Virus record (IMG/VR): IMGVR_UViG_3300010234_000001
Coordinates: 50,612-114,611 of that record
DNA from: a virus
Lineage: Duplodnaviria > Heunggongvirae > Uroviricota > Caudoviricetes
Strand: one strand, 5' to 3'
DNA length: 64,000 bases
A program made the position numbers and the translations under genes. Numbering within the stretch: position 1 is the stretch's first letter; each line of letters begins with the position of its first letter. The notes beneath the pieces were generated by a model, which saw nothing but the letters and a program-made list of their open reading frames with translations, was not told the origin of the DNA and made no database searches. Of this stretch, positions 1 to 9,157 are shown piece after piece.

Positions 1-169
1 TTTTTGCTTGGGAAATTTTTTGGATCGGTTTTTCATATAGGGATTTTCCAAATATGTCAAGGATTTTTTTTCGTTGTCCGAATGATAGGTACTCTGTACT
101 GCACACAGAACATCCCGTTTCACTGGCCGAAACAGTGTCCTTTTGGCAACACCCCGTGTGGCCCAAATG

Positions 170-514
170 TCACACCATGGCGAATCCGCAACCGGTTGCA
201 ATGATTCCCGCGAATCGCACGGAATCCGCGAATTGCTTCCCCTCAGGGGTTGAAGTGAAATTACTCATAACCCCGTGCAACCCGCCACAATTCGAGGTAA
301 CGGCAAACGGCCATGTCCATGCAACCCCTTCATTGGGAATCAACAGGATATCACCATCATTGATCGAATCATCACACTAGCATGCATTGTAGGCGTCATG
401 CGTCGAATCGAACGTGAGAACCTTATGCGTGGCAGTGGCGAGTGAAGCGAAAGGCGAAACCGAATCGTAATCAATTGCGCCATCAGTCCAATCGTTTTCC
501 GTAATGCGAATCAT
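170..514 (-). pseudogene. Small phage protein interrupted by an in-frame TAG at 377-379
   Basis: Promoter and RBS upstream of ATG 514; the frame continues ...THDAYNAC*CDDSINDGDILLIPNEGVAWTWPFAVT... to TGA at 170-172. Confidence 0.5.
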
Positions 515-1077
515 GCTTTGAGTCCCTTTCCTTAGTGGAAAACCCTTATCCCATATCATGGGTCCAGAGTCAAGCGCTAAATCGCAATTAAAATGCACTT
601 ATTTTGCTCTCATGGGTCATTCCCTTATATCGTCAAATAAAACGCGTTTCTATTAAATTGACCCTCTTTTTTATCAATGATATCAATGGGTTACAAAACC
701 GTTTTTTTAGGGGTTTATGGGGGAATTGGGCTTATGACATTTTTGTGCACCCTCATACCAGAATATACCCTAGAATCGGCTCTAGGCGTCATACAGCGGG
801 GTTAGACCATTCCTAGGCGTCATGCCTAGCCTAGCGCTTCCAACGCGTGTCACAAGCCACGACAAGCGCTAGCAAGGCAATACAGAGAATCCATGCGCTA
901 GCGCTCAAAACCAAAGCGCCATGGTCAGGACGTATCCAATCAAGAGTCCTGCCGTGATTGATGTTTTCATGATATGCGTTTCCTTGCGTTCTAAGCGCCA
1001 TACGGCGGAGTTGTCGGGGTTAGGCTAGGCGAGTAACTAGGAATGATTGATTGCCCTTCCTAGCCCTTCCCTGCGCT

Positions 1078-1986
1078 CTAGATGATTTCGCCTTTCGTGG
1101 GGCGATTAAAGAATCCAAACTTAGGGTCATCCCGCGACGGCTGAATCTTCGCATCAAATGCAACCCGCGTACCCTTGGAATCTTCGCCAACGTCCAATCC
1201 GGCCGGGACAGTCCCGTAAACCTTGAATCCGTCATCCGAACGTACCAGCATTTTCAGCATGGTTCCGTATGCGGTATCCTTCCACTTGACGGACAGAATC
1301 TCACCAGTGATACGGATTCGCTTGTCAGTTACAGGAACGGGATTCGCCGCATCCGATTCGGCTTGCCTTGCCGCCTCAATAGCGGGGCGATTCTCAATAT
1401 CCTTCACAAGCTTTGCCATGAAAGCGAATTGCTTGTCGGACAGATCGCCATAAGCAATAAGCTTCCCGACCATATCGCGAATCACTTCATACGCGAAAGA
1501 AATATCCATGTATCCATTGCGCTTTTCCTGCGGAATCTCGGCATACGGCATTTCAAAAACATTCCAAGCGCCGGACAATCCCATATCATCCAGAATCGCC
1601 TTAGCCTTAGCCTTTCCGGCTTTCGCCTTCCTTGCGTCGTTTACCGCATTGCGAAACGCAGTCCCGTCATAATCGGATGCGAGATTTTCCGCGCAATCCT
1701 GTCCCGTGCGAATATACGTATTCGACGGCTTATGGTGAAACAGGACGGTATAAATAGCGTTGACGTTGCCGCAAATGTGGCAGTTGCCGCCATGCGCATG
1801 GCGCGAATAGGTTCCGCCAGTGCACTTCATATGATCGGCAATCCGCGCACGATTCCACGCGACCATTGCCACGTCACCCATATCCTCGATTTTCATAACC
1901 TCTTCGCCAACGTAGTCATAATCGGCGGGGTTAATGACGCTGGGGCGATGCACATCCGTGCGAAGCGTGCGAATCAGGTTTTCCAT
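1078..1986 (-). CDS. Hypothetical phage protein, 302 aa (CxxC/Cys motifs, possible C-terminal OB-like fold)
   Basis: Long ORF with RBS and repeat unit upstream; HCHICG...GQDCA motif. Confidence 0.75.
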   Translation of the reverse strand: MENLIRTLRTDVHRPSVINPADYDYVGEEVMKIEDMGDVAMVAWNRARIADHMKCTGGTYSRHAHGGNCHICGNVNAIYTVLFHHKPSNTYIRTGQDCAENLASDYDGTAFRNAVNDARKAKAGKAKAKAILDDMGLSGAWNVFEMPYAEIPQEKRNGYMDISFAYEVIRDMVGKLIAYGDLSDKQFAFMAKLVKDIENRPAIEAARQAESDAANPVPVTDKRIRITGEILSVKWKDTAYGTMLKMLVRSDDGFKVYGTVPAGLDVGEDSKGTRVAFDAKIQPSRDDPKFGFFNRPTKGEII

Positions 1987-2047
1987 GGGTCCGTTTTCCT
2001 TTTCCGTTTCAAACTGTCCGAGAGTAATACAGGACAGTCAACCCCGC

Positions 2048-2206
2048 TTAGGCGAAATCTTTTCCATCAATTTTGAAGCCGCGCATATAATCGCGATTGA
2101 AACGAATCCAGTTAATAGCTTCCATGCGATCCCGCGCTTCATACGTAACCGGCAAATCGACCTTTCCAGTTTCGCGATTGTAAGCATTTGCAGTAACAGT
2201 GATCAT
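2048..2206 (-). CDS. Hypothetical protein, 52 aa (MITVTANAYNRETGK...), not in ORF track
   Basis: Directly downstream of promoter 2224-2272 and a GGAAAGG RBS. Confidence 0.6.
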   Translation of the reverse strand: MITVTANAYNRETGKVDLPVTYEARDRMEAINWIRFNRDYMRGFKIDGKDFA

Positions 2207-2265
2207 TGATTTGCCTTTCCTATTCCCAAACTGTCCGGATGTTTTACACTACGGAATCCGGCATG

Positions 2266-2517
2266 TCAACCCCAATGGATAGGGGACAGCACCTTTATTT
2301 TCCCGTCAACCCGATTTGCGACATATGCCGGGACATTATAGCATGTGCCGAGTCGCGTTGCGTATGCCTTAGTATGCGAATATTCCGCCTCGCCAATCTG
2401 GAATCCGTTCGCATCCATTTTCTGGATTGTCCACATTTTGATTTCGGAATTGAACCAAACATCCACATGGTGCAACGGTCCAACCGTATCAAACGTCTTA
2501 ACATTCAGAATCCGCAT
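2266..2517 (-). CDS. Hypothetical protein, 83 aa
   Basis: Follows palindromic promoter 2537-2589 and RBS. Confidence 0.65.
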   Translation of the reverse strand: MRILNVKTFDTVGPLHHVDVWFNSEIKMWTIQKMDANGFQIGEAEYSHTKAYATRLGTCYNVPAYVANRVDGKIKVLSPIHWG

Positions 2518-2588
2518 AGCCCTGATTTCCTTTTCTATTCCCGATATGGTCCAGTCTTTTTATATGACCATATCGGGAATGTCAACCC

Positions 2589-3188
2589 CTACAGGTCACC
2601 TTTTGCGTGATTTTTCCCTTTCGTCGTGATCGCGCCACGCTTGTTGAGGTAACCGCCATCGATCAAACTAGCCTTAGCGGCTTCCCACTGGACACGCGTC
2701 GGAATGGTCGCACCTTCCCGATACCGAAGCGTATTGCAAGCCATAACGAATCTATCGCGCCCGTTATGGGACGATTTCAGGCTACGAGCGGCAATCAAAA
2801 CGATCCGCTCAATTTCGGAAAAATGAACGGTTTCGGGAAGGCGAATCGCATTGATCGAATCCGGATGCACGTATATCGTGATTCCGACATCCTTACCCTG
2901 AAAAATGGTATGGCGCACAATGGCATAATTCGGAACCATGGTAAAGGAACGATCCGCCTTTGGATCGCGCATTGCGAGCATACCGGATTCGGTATCGTCC
3001 AGTGACACGGATTCGCCCGTTGTCATATTCACAACGCGGAACGTGTCGCGGCTTCCGCCATTCCATGCGCCATGGTCAAAAGGAATCTGAAAATTGCCGG
3101 TTACGGCAATCTTGAACTTGCGGCCGGTATAGAAATCCGGAATCAGAATCGACGGAACGTCATTCCGTTCAACGTGAATATAATTCAT
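2589..3188 (-). CDS. Hypothetical protein, about 199 aa (start re-set to MNYIHVERN)
   Basis: ATG 3188 follows promoter 3208-3257 and RBS; the track start runs through the promoter. Confidence 0.7.
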   Translation of the reverse strand: MNYIHVERNDVPSILIPDFYTGRKFKIAVTGNFQIPFDHGAWNGGSRDTFRVVNMTTGESVSLDDTESGMLAMRDPKADRSFTMVPNYAIVRHTIFQGKDVGITIYVHPDSINAIRLPETVHFSEIERIVLIAARSLKSSHNGRDRFVMACNTLRYREGATIPTRVQWEAAKASLIDGGYLNKRGAITTKGKNHAKGDL

Positions 3189-3228
3189 TTGACTTGTTCC
3201 TTTCGATTTCCCAAACTGTCCGAGTGTT

Positions 3229-3579
3229 TTACACGACGGAATCCGGAAAGTCAACCCGTTGTTTTGAGATAATGTCGGATTCTTTGAATGCAACCTGACA
3301 TTGACCCTTGATTATGTTTTCCACCTCATATTCAAAAAAGTGGTATCCATGCCGTGTTAATGCGCGCAATTCGAATCGATTAAACCAACGATTCATCTGG
3401 CGAATCGAGCCGAATCCGAATCGCATATCTTGAGTTATGAAATTGATTCCGTCCCTTTCCGGCAATGGGTGGCGTAGCTGGCTTTGGTGATCGCCATGCA
3501 AATTATAATATCCAAGACGATTCGGCCCGTTATACGGACCATAACCGTTTTTATCCTCGATTCGGTATAACCGCGCCAT
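3229..3579 (-). CDS. Hypothetical phage protein, 116 aa
   Basis: Coupled to upstream ORF (TAATG overlap); YRIE..G.GPY pattern typical of small phage proteins. Confidence 0.7.
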   Translation of the reverse strand: MARLYRIEDKNGYGPYNGPNRLGYYNLHGDHQSQLRHPLPERDGINFITQDMRFGFGSIRQMNRWFNRFELRALTRHGYHFFEYEVENIIKGQCQVAFKESDIISKQRVDFPDSVV

Positions 3580-3848
3580 TATTCGTCGCCTAGCCCTACG
3601 TCATCCAGCCATGCCAGCCGGTGACCATCCGCCCAATGATCGAAATCCGTCGAACCGGCCGGATAAGGGTTATCCGTTTTTCCGGCAAAATACGCGTCAT
3701 ACCCATAATTGCGCACATCATCGGCCCGAATCATGCGGTAATGCGCCAACGCCTTATCCTTATCCGTAGTGGAGAGAACCGCCTTGTCGCCGCGCCAAAC
3801 CTGATAGGCGTAAGGGTAGCAAGAATCAATTACAATGCGGGAATTCAT
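3579..3848 (-). CDS. Hypothetical protein, 89 aa
   Basis: Start re-set to MNSRIVID after repeat 3875-3920. Confidence 0.65.
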   Translation of the reverse strand: MNSRIVIDSCYPYAYQVWRGDKAVLSTTDKDKALAHYRMIRADDVRNYGYDAYFAGKTDNPYPAGSTDFDHWADGHRLAWLDDVGLGDE

Positions 3849-3919
3849 GGGTCCGTTTTCCTTTCCGGTCCGTCTTTCGATGATTGTGTTATCCCACACT
3901 GTCAGGCGAGAGTCAACCC

Positions 3920-4324
3920 CTATTCATCCGAATAATCGGAATCTTCATAAGTGGCCAAATCGGCCGCAAGGGAATCCGACACGCCAGTTTCGAAAGCTTC
4001 CCACAAATCATCCGCGACCGGATCGTTATCGCCCCTGTCGCCATCGTAACCGGCCGAATTGAATTCGTGCGCAGTGAATTCAAAGGGCGAATAGCTACGC
4101 GAATTGGATTCCGCCTCATAACAAAGGCTGGCATGCACTTCGCGCGCATCGTCAACCGTTTCAACCGTAACGCGGCCATCCGAATCCGTCCAATAGGTTT
4201 CACCCATGGACGGGACATTGTGGCAAGCAATCCCGTGCGCATGGTTCCAACCCGAGCGATAAGCATCGGCCAGCACGTCATTGGATGCGAATTCGGCGGG
4301 AATCGTGCTAGGAAAATTAGGCAT
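3920..4324 (-). CDS. Hypothetical acidic protein, 134 aa
   Basis: Start MPNFPST after repeat 4350-4395; stop abuts the next repeat. Confidence 0.7.
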   Translation of the reverse strand: MPNFPSTIPAEFASNDVLADAYRSGWNHAHGIACHNVPSMGETYWTDSDGRVTVETVDDAREVHASLCYEAESNSRSYSPFEFTAHEFNSAGYDGDRGDNDPVADDLWEAFETGVSDSLAADLATYEDSDYSDE

Positions 4325-4376
4325 AATCAAGAGTCCTTTTCTGTCCGTCTTTCGATGATTGAAATATGCCACACTG

Positions 4377-4544
4377 TCAGGCGAGAGTCAACCCCTCATA
4401 TGGGCCAATCCGCAAAGCATTGCAGAAACCCGAAAAACAGAAACGCGGATATCGAATCCCATTATCATTTTCCCACACATCCGCATCATATTCCGAATCG
4501 AAAACATAGTAAACATATCCATCCGTATGATAGACAATCCGCAT
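4377..4544 (-). CDS. Hypothetical protein, 55 aa
   Basis: Start MRIVYH after repeat 4567-4609; stop lies inside the next repeat. Confidence 0.55.
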   Translation of the reverse strand: MRIVYHTDGYVYYVFDSEYDADVWENDNGIRYPRFCFSGFCNALRIGPYEGLTLA

Positions 4545-4613
4545 GTGTTTTCCCTTCCCTTGTTTCCGATGATTGGAATATGCCACACTGTCAGGCGAGA
4601 GTCAACCCCTCAT

Positions 4614-4793
4614 CTAAGGATATTTGATTTTATCGGCCGGGACAGCAAAAGACGTGCGCGCGCCAACCGTATCGAAAGACACGGTATAAACGATCCGGAA
4701 TCCGTCAAACGACGTTTTGTCCCGGATCGTAACTGGACGATTAACCCCGTAGGACGAATCCGTAACGATAACGGTATCACCAATATTGAACAT
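4614..4793 (-). CDS. Hypothetical SH3/KOW-like protein, 59 aa (MFNIGDTVIV...), not in ORF track
   Basis: After repeat 4815-4858 and RBS; F.IGD.V motif. Confidence 0.6.
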   Translation of the reverse strand: MFNIGDTVIVTDSSYGVNRPVTIRDKTSFDGFRIVYTVSFDTVGARTSFAVPADKIKYP

Positions 4794-4852
4794 GATTTGC
4801 GTTCCTTTTCCGCGTTTCGATGATTGGACTATCCCACACTATGCCGGGACTG

Positions 4853-5104
4853 TCAACCTATTTCTGCAATTTCTTCCGTCCAGTGTTCCGCAACCTCTTC
4901 CCAATTGACATTTTCCATTTCGTCGCGGGACATGTCGCACGTTCCTTCCGGGAACAACCCGCACGCGAATTCTTTTGCTTCCCACTCGTCAACCGACAGG
5001 CGACGCTTCAAAAAATTAAACTTCGCGTCATAGCTCCATTCATCATTGTCAATGTGAAGCATGATATTCCACGTTTCGTAATTTGTCCAGCCGTTATAAG
5101 CCAT
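4853..5104 (-). CDS. Conserved phage hypothetical protein (YNGWTNYETW family), 83 aa
   Basis: Recognisable N-terminal motif; repeat 5126-5171 upstream. Confidence 0.75.
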   Translation of the reverse strand: MAYNGWTNYETWNIMLHIDNDEWSYDAKFNFLKRRLSVDEWEAKEFACGLFPEGTCDMSRDEMENVNWEEVAEHWTEEIAEIG

Positions 5105-5170
5105 GCGTCCGTTTCCTTTTCTGTCTTTCGATGATTGGAATATGCCACACTGTCAGGCGAGAGTCAACCC

Positions 5171-5389
5171 CTATTCCGAATAATATTTGGAATAAAGCGA
5201 AGCGATAAAATCCGCGTCTTCATGCGCTACCGCGTCAACCGACGCAATGGAAATCATGTCAACAGTAGAGTTTTCCGCCTTGATGCGCTTTGCGGCCTTT
5301 TCCGCGACGGTCCGATTCGTCATGATGAAAACCGCGTTAGGCATGGTTTTGAACGCAACATAAACCCGCATGAGAACCTTATCAGTCAT
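5171..5389 (-). CDS. Hypothetical protein, 72 aa
   Basis: Lies between repeats 5414-5453 and 5126-5171. Confidence 0.65.
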   Translation of the reverse strand: MTDKVLMRVYVAFKTMPNAVFIMTNRTVAEKAAKRIKAENSTVDMISIASVDAVAHEDADFIASLYSKYYSE

Positions 5390-5599
5390 TTGATATTTCC
5401 TTTCCGTTGCTTCCGATGATTAGAATATGCCACACTGTCAGACGAAAGTCAACAGGGAAAATGAAAAAAGATTCGATCCGTTTTAAGCGCCGTTGACGGG
5501 GTTTCCCAATAGGGCGGACAACCCCTAGGCCATTGGCCGGAACCCCGTCAACGGGCACGACAAGCGCTTAAACGGACAGGAAAAGCGCTTGCCTTATTG

Positions 5600-5836
5600 C
5601 TAGTCCGTTACCGGAACGGCCGGGACGGGCAGAATCCGAAGATTCCCGCAACCCTCCGCAACAATCTTGTTCAATTCGCGGGACTGACTCGCGTTTGCGT
5701 TGACAACCTCGCCGGAAATCACGTCAACAGTCTGCCACTTGCCAGCCTTGCCAGCCTTGGAAGGGTAATCACGGCCGATTGCCTTGTAACCCCACGAATA
5801 AGCCTTTCCGCCGATTGTCGCATACCAGTTAGTCAT
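5600..5836 (-). CDS. Hypothetical protein, 78 aa
   Basis: Start MTNWYAT after repeat 5857-5902. Confidence 0.6.
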   Translation of the reverse strand: MTNWYATIGGKAYSWGYKAIGRDYPSKAGKAGKWQTVDVISGEVVNANASQSRELNKIVAEGCGNLRILPVPAVPVTD

Positions 5837-5901
5837 TTTTTGCATTCCTTTCCGCGTTTCGATGATTGTGTTATGCCACACTGTCAGGCGAGAGTCAACC
5901 C

Positions 5902-6108
5902 CTAACCTTGAACAATTACCGAATATTTGATGTCATCCGGCAAAATTTCTTCAACAAGCTTACGCGCCGCCGTGTCAATCCCGTTTGTCAGCATGTCGCA
6001 AGTTTCCGGCCAATGGGAATCTTCCCACGATTCAGCGGTATTCGGAACCTTGGAAGATTCCACCCTAACCGTTACCGTGATGTGCTTCAAAATATCCGTG
6101 TCAGTCAT
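5902..6108 (-). CDS. Hypothetical protein, 68 aa
   Basis: After repeat 6121-6168; stop abuts the next repeat. Confidence 0.6.
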   Translation of the reverse strand: MTDTDILKHITVTVRVESSKVPNTAESWEDSHWPETCDMLTNGIDTAARKLVEEILPDDIKYSVIVQG

Positions 6109-6297
6109 GCTTGTTTCCTTTCCGATTTGATGCGCAAGTTATCGCACGCGGCGCGACAAGAGTCAAGCGCTAATTTGCGAAATCCTGATATATTTCATAT
6201 ATCGTTTCGGTTGTGGCGTCTATCCTTTCCCAATTAGGGGTTAAGTAGTATGCGGCAACCGCGCCGCATACTATCCAAAAAATAAATCGATCCGTTG

Positions 6298-6540
6298 TCA
6301 CTTTGCCATGCCAGTGTCAACAAAACCGTCCGCAATCACAACGCGAGTTCCGCCGCTACCTTCGTATGGCATGCGCACAACCTCAAACTTATCGCGGCCG
6401 GTAAACTCGTCATAAAAGAGGCGAGTCTGAATCTTCCCCTGCCAGCTTTGTGCTTCGGTAACGATATCAGTCTTTTTCGTACCAAGACGCGAGGCAACCG
6501 ACTTGCCGCTACCCTGAATCGTTCCGCGAAAATGAGCCAT
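6298..6540 (-). CDS. Conserved phage hypothetical protein, 80 aa (MAHFRGTIQG...SRLG)
   Basis: After repeat 6566-6610 and RBS. Confidence 0.7.
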   Translation of the reverse strand: MAHFRGTIQGSGKSVASRLGTKKTDIVTEAQSWQGKIQTRLFYDEFTGRDKFEVVRMPYEGSGGTRVVIADGFVDTGMAK

Positions 6541-6626
6541 GTCTGTTTTCCTTTCGGGTTGTCTGTTTCGATGATTGGAATATAGCAAGGGTTGACCGGA
6601 TTGTCAACCCTTTTTTTTTCACTGTT

Positions 6627-6923
6627 TTACCAGTACCATTCTTCGGGCAATTCCAAGCCAACCGGAATCAGGAACACGTCACCATTCTGGTAAACAGTGT
6701 ATTCGATTCCGGTTTTCGGCATGGTAATGACCGCGTTATTCAACACGGAATCCCACGCTTCCCAATACCACTCGCCATCCGGACCGGCCTCAAGCGTAGC
6801 CCAATCCGAATCAGACAAGCCCGACACGCAATCGCGCGAAACCTCTTCCGCGAAGTTTTGCGGAATGAAAACGCCACGATTGGAGTCGAAAAGAATCTCA
6901 ATATCGTTTTCAGTGTAAGCCAT
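6627..6923 (-). CDS. Conserved phage hypothetical protein, 98 aa (LFDSNRGVFIPQNFA)
   Basis: After repeat 6950-6995. Confidence 0.7.
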   Translation of the reverse strand: MAYTENDIEILFDSNRGVFIPQNFAEEVSRDCVSGLSDSDWATLEAGPDGEWYWEAWDSVLNNAVITMPKTGIEYTVYQNGDVFLIPVGLELPEEWYW

Positions 6924-6987
6924 GAGTCCGTTTCCTTTCGGGTTGTCCGTTTCGATGATTGGACTATGCCATACTATGGCGGGACTG

Positions 6988-7185
6988 TCAACCCCTATAA
7001 CCAAACATTTCCGCAATGGCAATTTCGCCCGGTGTCAATCGGCGATAGCTGGCGAATTCTTCCGCACATTTGCGGATTTCCGCGCCGGAAATTGCGGAAC
7101 ACATTTGACGTTCGGTTGCGGTATGGCAAAGCGCCAAGTCCGCCAGATGCGCCTCATGCAATTGCTTAATGTTCCAAGCTTTCAT
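6988..7185 (-). CDS. Hypothetical protein, 65 aa
   Basis: After repeat 7205-7250. Confidence 0.6.
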   Translation of the reverse strand: MKAWNIKQLHEAHLADLALCHTATERQMCSAISGAEIRKCAEEFASYRRLTPGEIAIAEMFGYRG

Positions 7186-7254
7186 GTCCGTTTACCTTTC
7201 TTCGTTTCGATGATTGTGTTATGCCATACTCAAAGCGGCATGTCAACCCCTATT

Positions 7255-7530
7255 TTAGCAAATGATCGTGCCGATTTTGTATGATTCGCCATCGTCGCAA
7301 ATCTGAATCACGACGCCAGAAAAGAATGAATCGCCCTTGAATCCATGCCAGCCGGGAAACGAATTGGTATATTCGAATTCGGACATGTGATACCACGATC
7401 CGCGATACTTGAAAAAACCGTCCGTTGCCTCATCGGGGCTAAGCCAATCGAATTCGGATTTCATGACATCGGCCGGAACATCAAGCCAATACTTGAATTC
7501 ATGCCACTTGTTATCCGTCGTGGTAATCAT
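7255..7530 (-). CDS. Conserved phage hypothetical protein, 91 aa (FFKYRGSWYHMSEF...W.G...DSFFSG)
   Basis: After repeat 7558-7598. Confidence 0.7.
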   Translation of the reverse strand: MITTTDNKWHEFKYWLDVPADVMKSEFDWLSPDEATDGFFKYRGSWYHMSEFEYTNSFPGWHGFKGDSFFSGVVIQICDDGESYKIGTIIC

Positions 7531-7572
7531 GTGATTTTGTCCCTTCCTGTCCGCCCGTTCGATGATTTGAAT

Positions 7573-7839
7573 CTAGCGCATTAAATCCGGATTGTCAATC
7601 GCTTTATTGAGGCAATGGCGAATGAAATCCTTTTCCAGCAACGCGCCGTGCACAACGCTAATCCGATCCATGCCGGATTCAAACTTGGCAAACTTGGCAT
7701 TGAAAAGCACCTTGCGAACCTTGATAGCGTCCGCCCGGTCAATGCCGCCAAGCTCCATCAAAACCTCGTCAAAATTGCGATTCGCGTTGTCAATGCGATC
7801 AGCAAAAATCTTTGCAGTATTCTTGATTGCGTCCGTCAT
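7573..7839 (-). CDS. Hypothetical protein, 88 aa
   Basis: After repeat 7861-7906. Confidence 0.6.
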   Translation of the reverse strand: MTDAIKNTAKIFADRIDNANRNFDEVLMELGGIDRADAIKVRKVLFNAKFAKFESGMDRISVVHGALLEKDFIRHCLNKAIDNPDLMR

Positions 7840-7922
7840 TTGTTATGAATCCCTGTCCGGTTTCGATGATTGGAATTTAGCAAGGGTTGACCGGATTGTC
7901 AACCCCTTTTTTTCATTTTTTC

Positions 7923-8225
7923 CTACCGCAGCACAAGCCGGTGAATTCGCTTGCGGCTACTAGGCGTCACGTTGTCCGGAATATGCAGCGAACGCGTTTC
8001 CTGCGCACCCGTAAAGAATTCAGACGAATTGTAAACGGAAATCCAACGTGCGCCTTCCACGTTCGAATCGTTCGCCTCAATTCCGCCAACGTGAATCGTG
8101 CGAGTCTGGAAAAGAAAATCAATAGCCTCGCGTAGCGTCACGTTGCGCGCAATCATGCCACGTTCGGCACAATCACCATATGATGCAGACTCTGGCGTCA
8201 CAATCTCGTATGAAACACTAAACAT
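7923..8225 (-). CDS. Hypothetical protein, 100 aa (YEIVTPESA..GD family)
   Basis: After repeat 8248-8293. Confidence 0.7.
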   Translation of the reverse strand: MFSVSYEIVTPESASYGDCAERGMIARNVTLREAIDFLFQTRTIHVGGIEANDSNVEGARWISVYNSSEFFTGAQETRSLHIPDNVTPSSRKRIHRLVLR

Positions 8226-8296
8226 TCCCGTTCCTTTCCTGTCCGTCTTTCGATGATTGTGTTATGCCATACTCTGCCGGGACTGTCAACCCCGTT

Positions 8297-8647
8297 TTAG
8301 AGCAAAACCGCAATATTTGACGGAACGTCATTTTCGGAAATCATACCGAAACGAATCAGATCGGCATACGCGCAAGCCTCATCGTTTTCAACCTGCCATG
8401 CTTCCGACCCATAGGCGTTTGAGTGGAATTGCCAATGTTCAATATTAATGGTCCCGCGTTCCTTTACGCGCTCCACAAGCCGGTTTGCCAGCATTTCCGC
8501 ACGATCCCCGCCGAAATCTTCCGCGAATATATGGGAATGAGTCCAGCGGGAACCGTCAACAGCCTCACAAAAAACAGTATATTCGGGCGCGTTGTCAACC
8601 CCATGAATCCATTCAACCGACTTAACCTTAAGAATCATGGTTTGCAT
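8297..8647 (-). CDS. Hypothetical protein, 116 aa
   Basis: After repeat 8664-8708. Confidence 0.65.
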   Translation of the reverse strand: MQTMILKVKSVEWIHGVDNAPEYTVFCEAVDGSRWTHSHIFAEDFGGDRAEMLANRLVERVKERGTINIEHWQFHSNAYGSEAWQVENDEACAYADLIRFGMISENDVPSNIAVLL

Positions 8648-8909
8648 TCCTTTTCTGTCCGTCTTTGATGGTCCGGAACCTAGCAGGCTCCGGACCGATT
8701 GTCAACCCATTACGTGAACATTTTTTTATTCTCCGTTGTTTGAGTAAACATTACGCGTCATTTCCATTCATTTAATTGGTTTCTCAAGCTAAAAGGTTAA
8801 ATCCTAGCTAGGGCCATGTCATGTTAGAATCTCCTATAAGTAAGGAATAACTAGTTTTAGGTAAAAGGCAGTTTAATGACTTACCCTAGGTCAATTCACG
8901 ATCCGGAAC

Positions 8910-9101
8910 CTACCAGACTCCGGACCGATTTAGACTATCGTAAAGCCGCTGGTATTCGGCTTTCATGTCCGCAAGCTTTGCGTATGCCATTGCGTCGCGC
9001 CCCTGTCCATGCTGCCAGATAACGGCCGCAGCAAGGTCATATGTTGCCGTTGCGTGCTCGCCTTCAAAAGCAATATTCATTGCTTCGCTCAAGTCCATCA
9101 T
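8910..9101 (-). CDS. Hypothetical protein, 63 aa
   Basis: Start MMDLSEA after repeat 9120-9163. Confidence 0.6.
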   Translation of the reverse strand: MMDLSEAMNIAFEGEHATATYDLAAAVIWQHGQGRDAMAYAKLADMKAEYQRLYDSLNRSGVW

Positions 9102-9157
9102 GATTGAGTCCTTTCCGTGTTTCGATGATTGGAATATTGCACGTTTTGATTCGCGTG

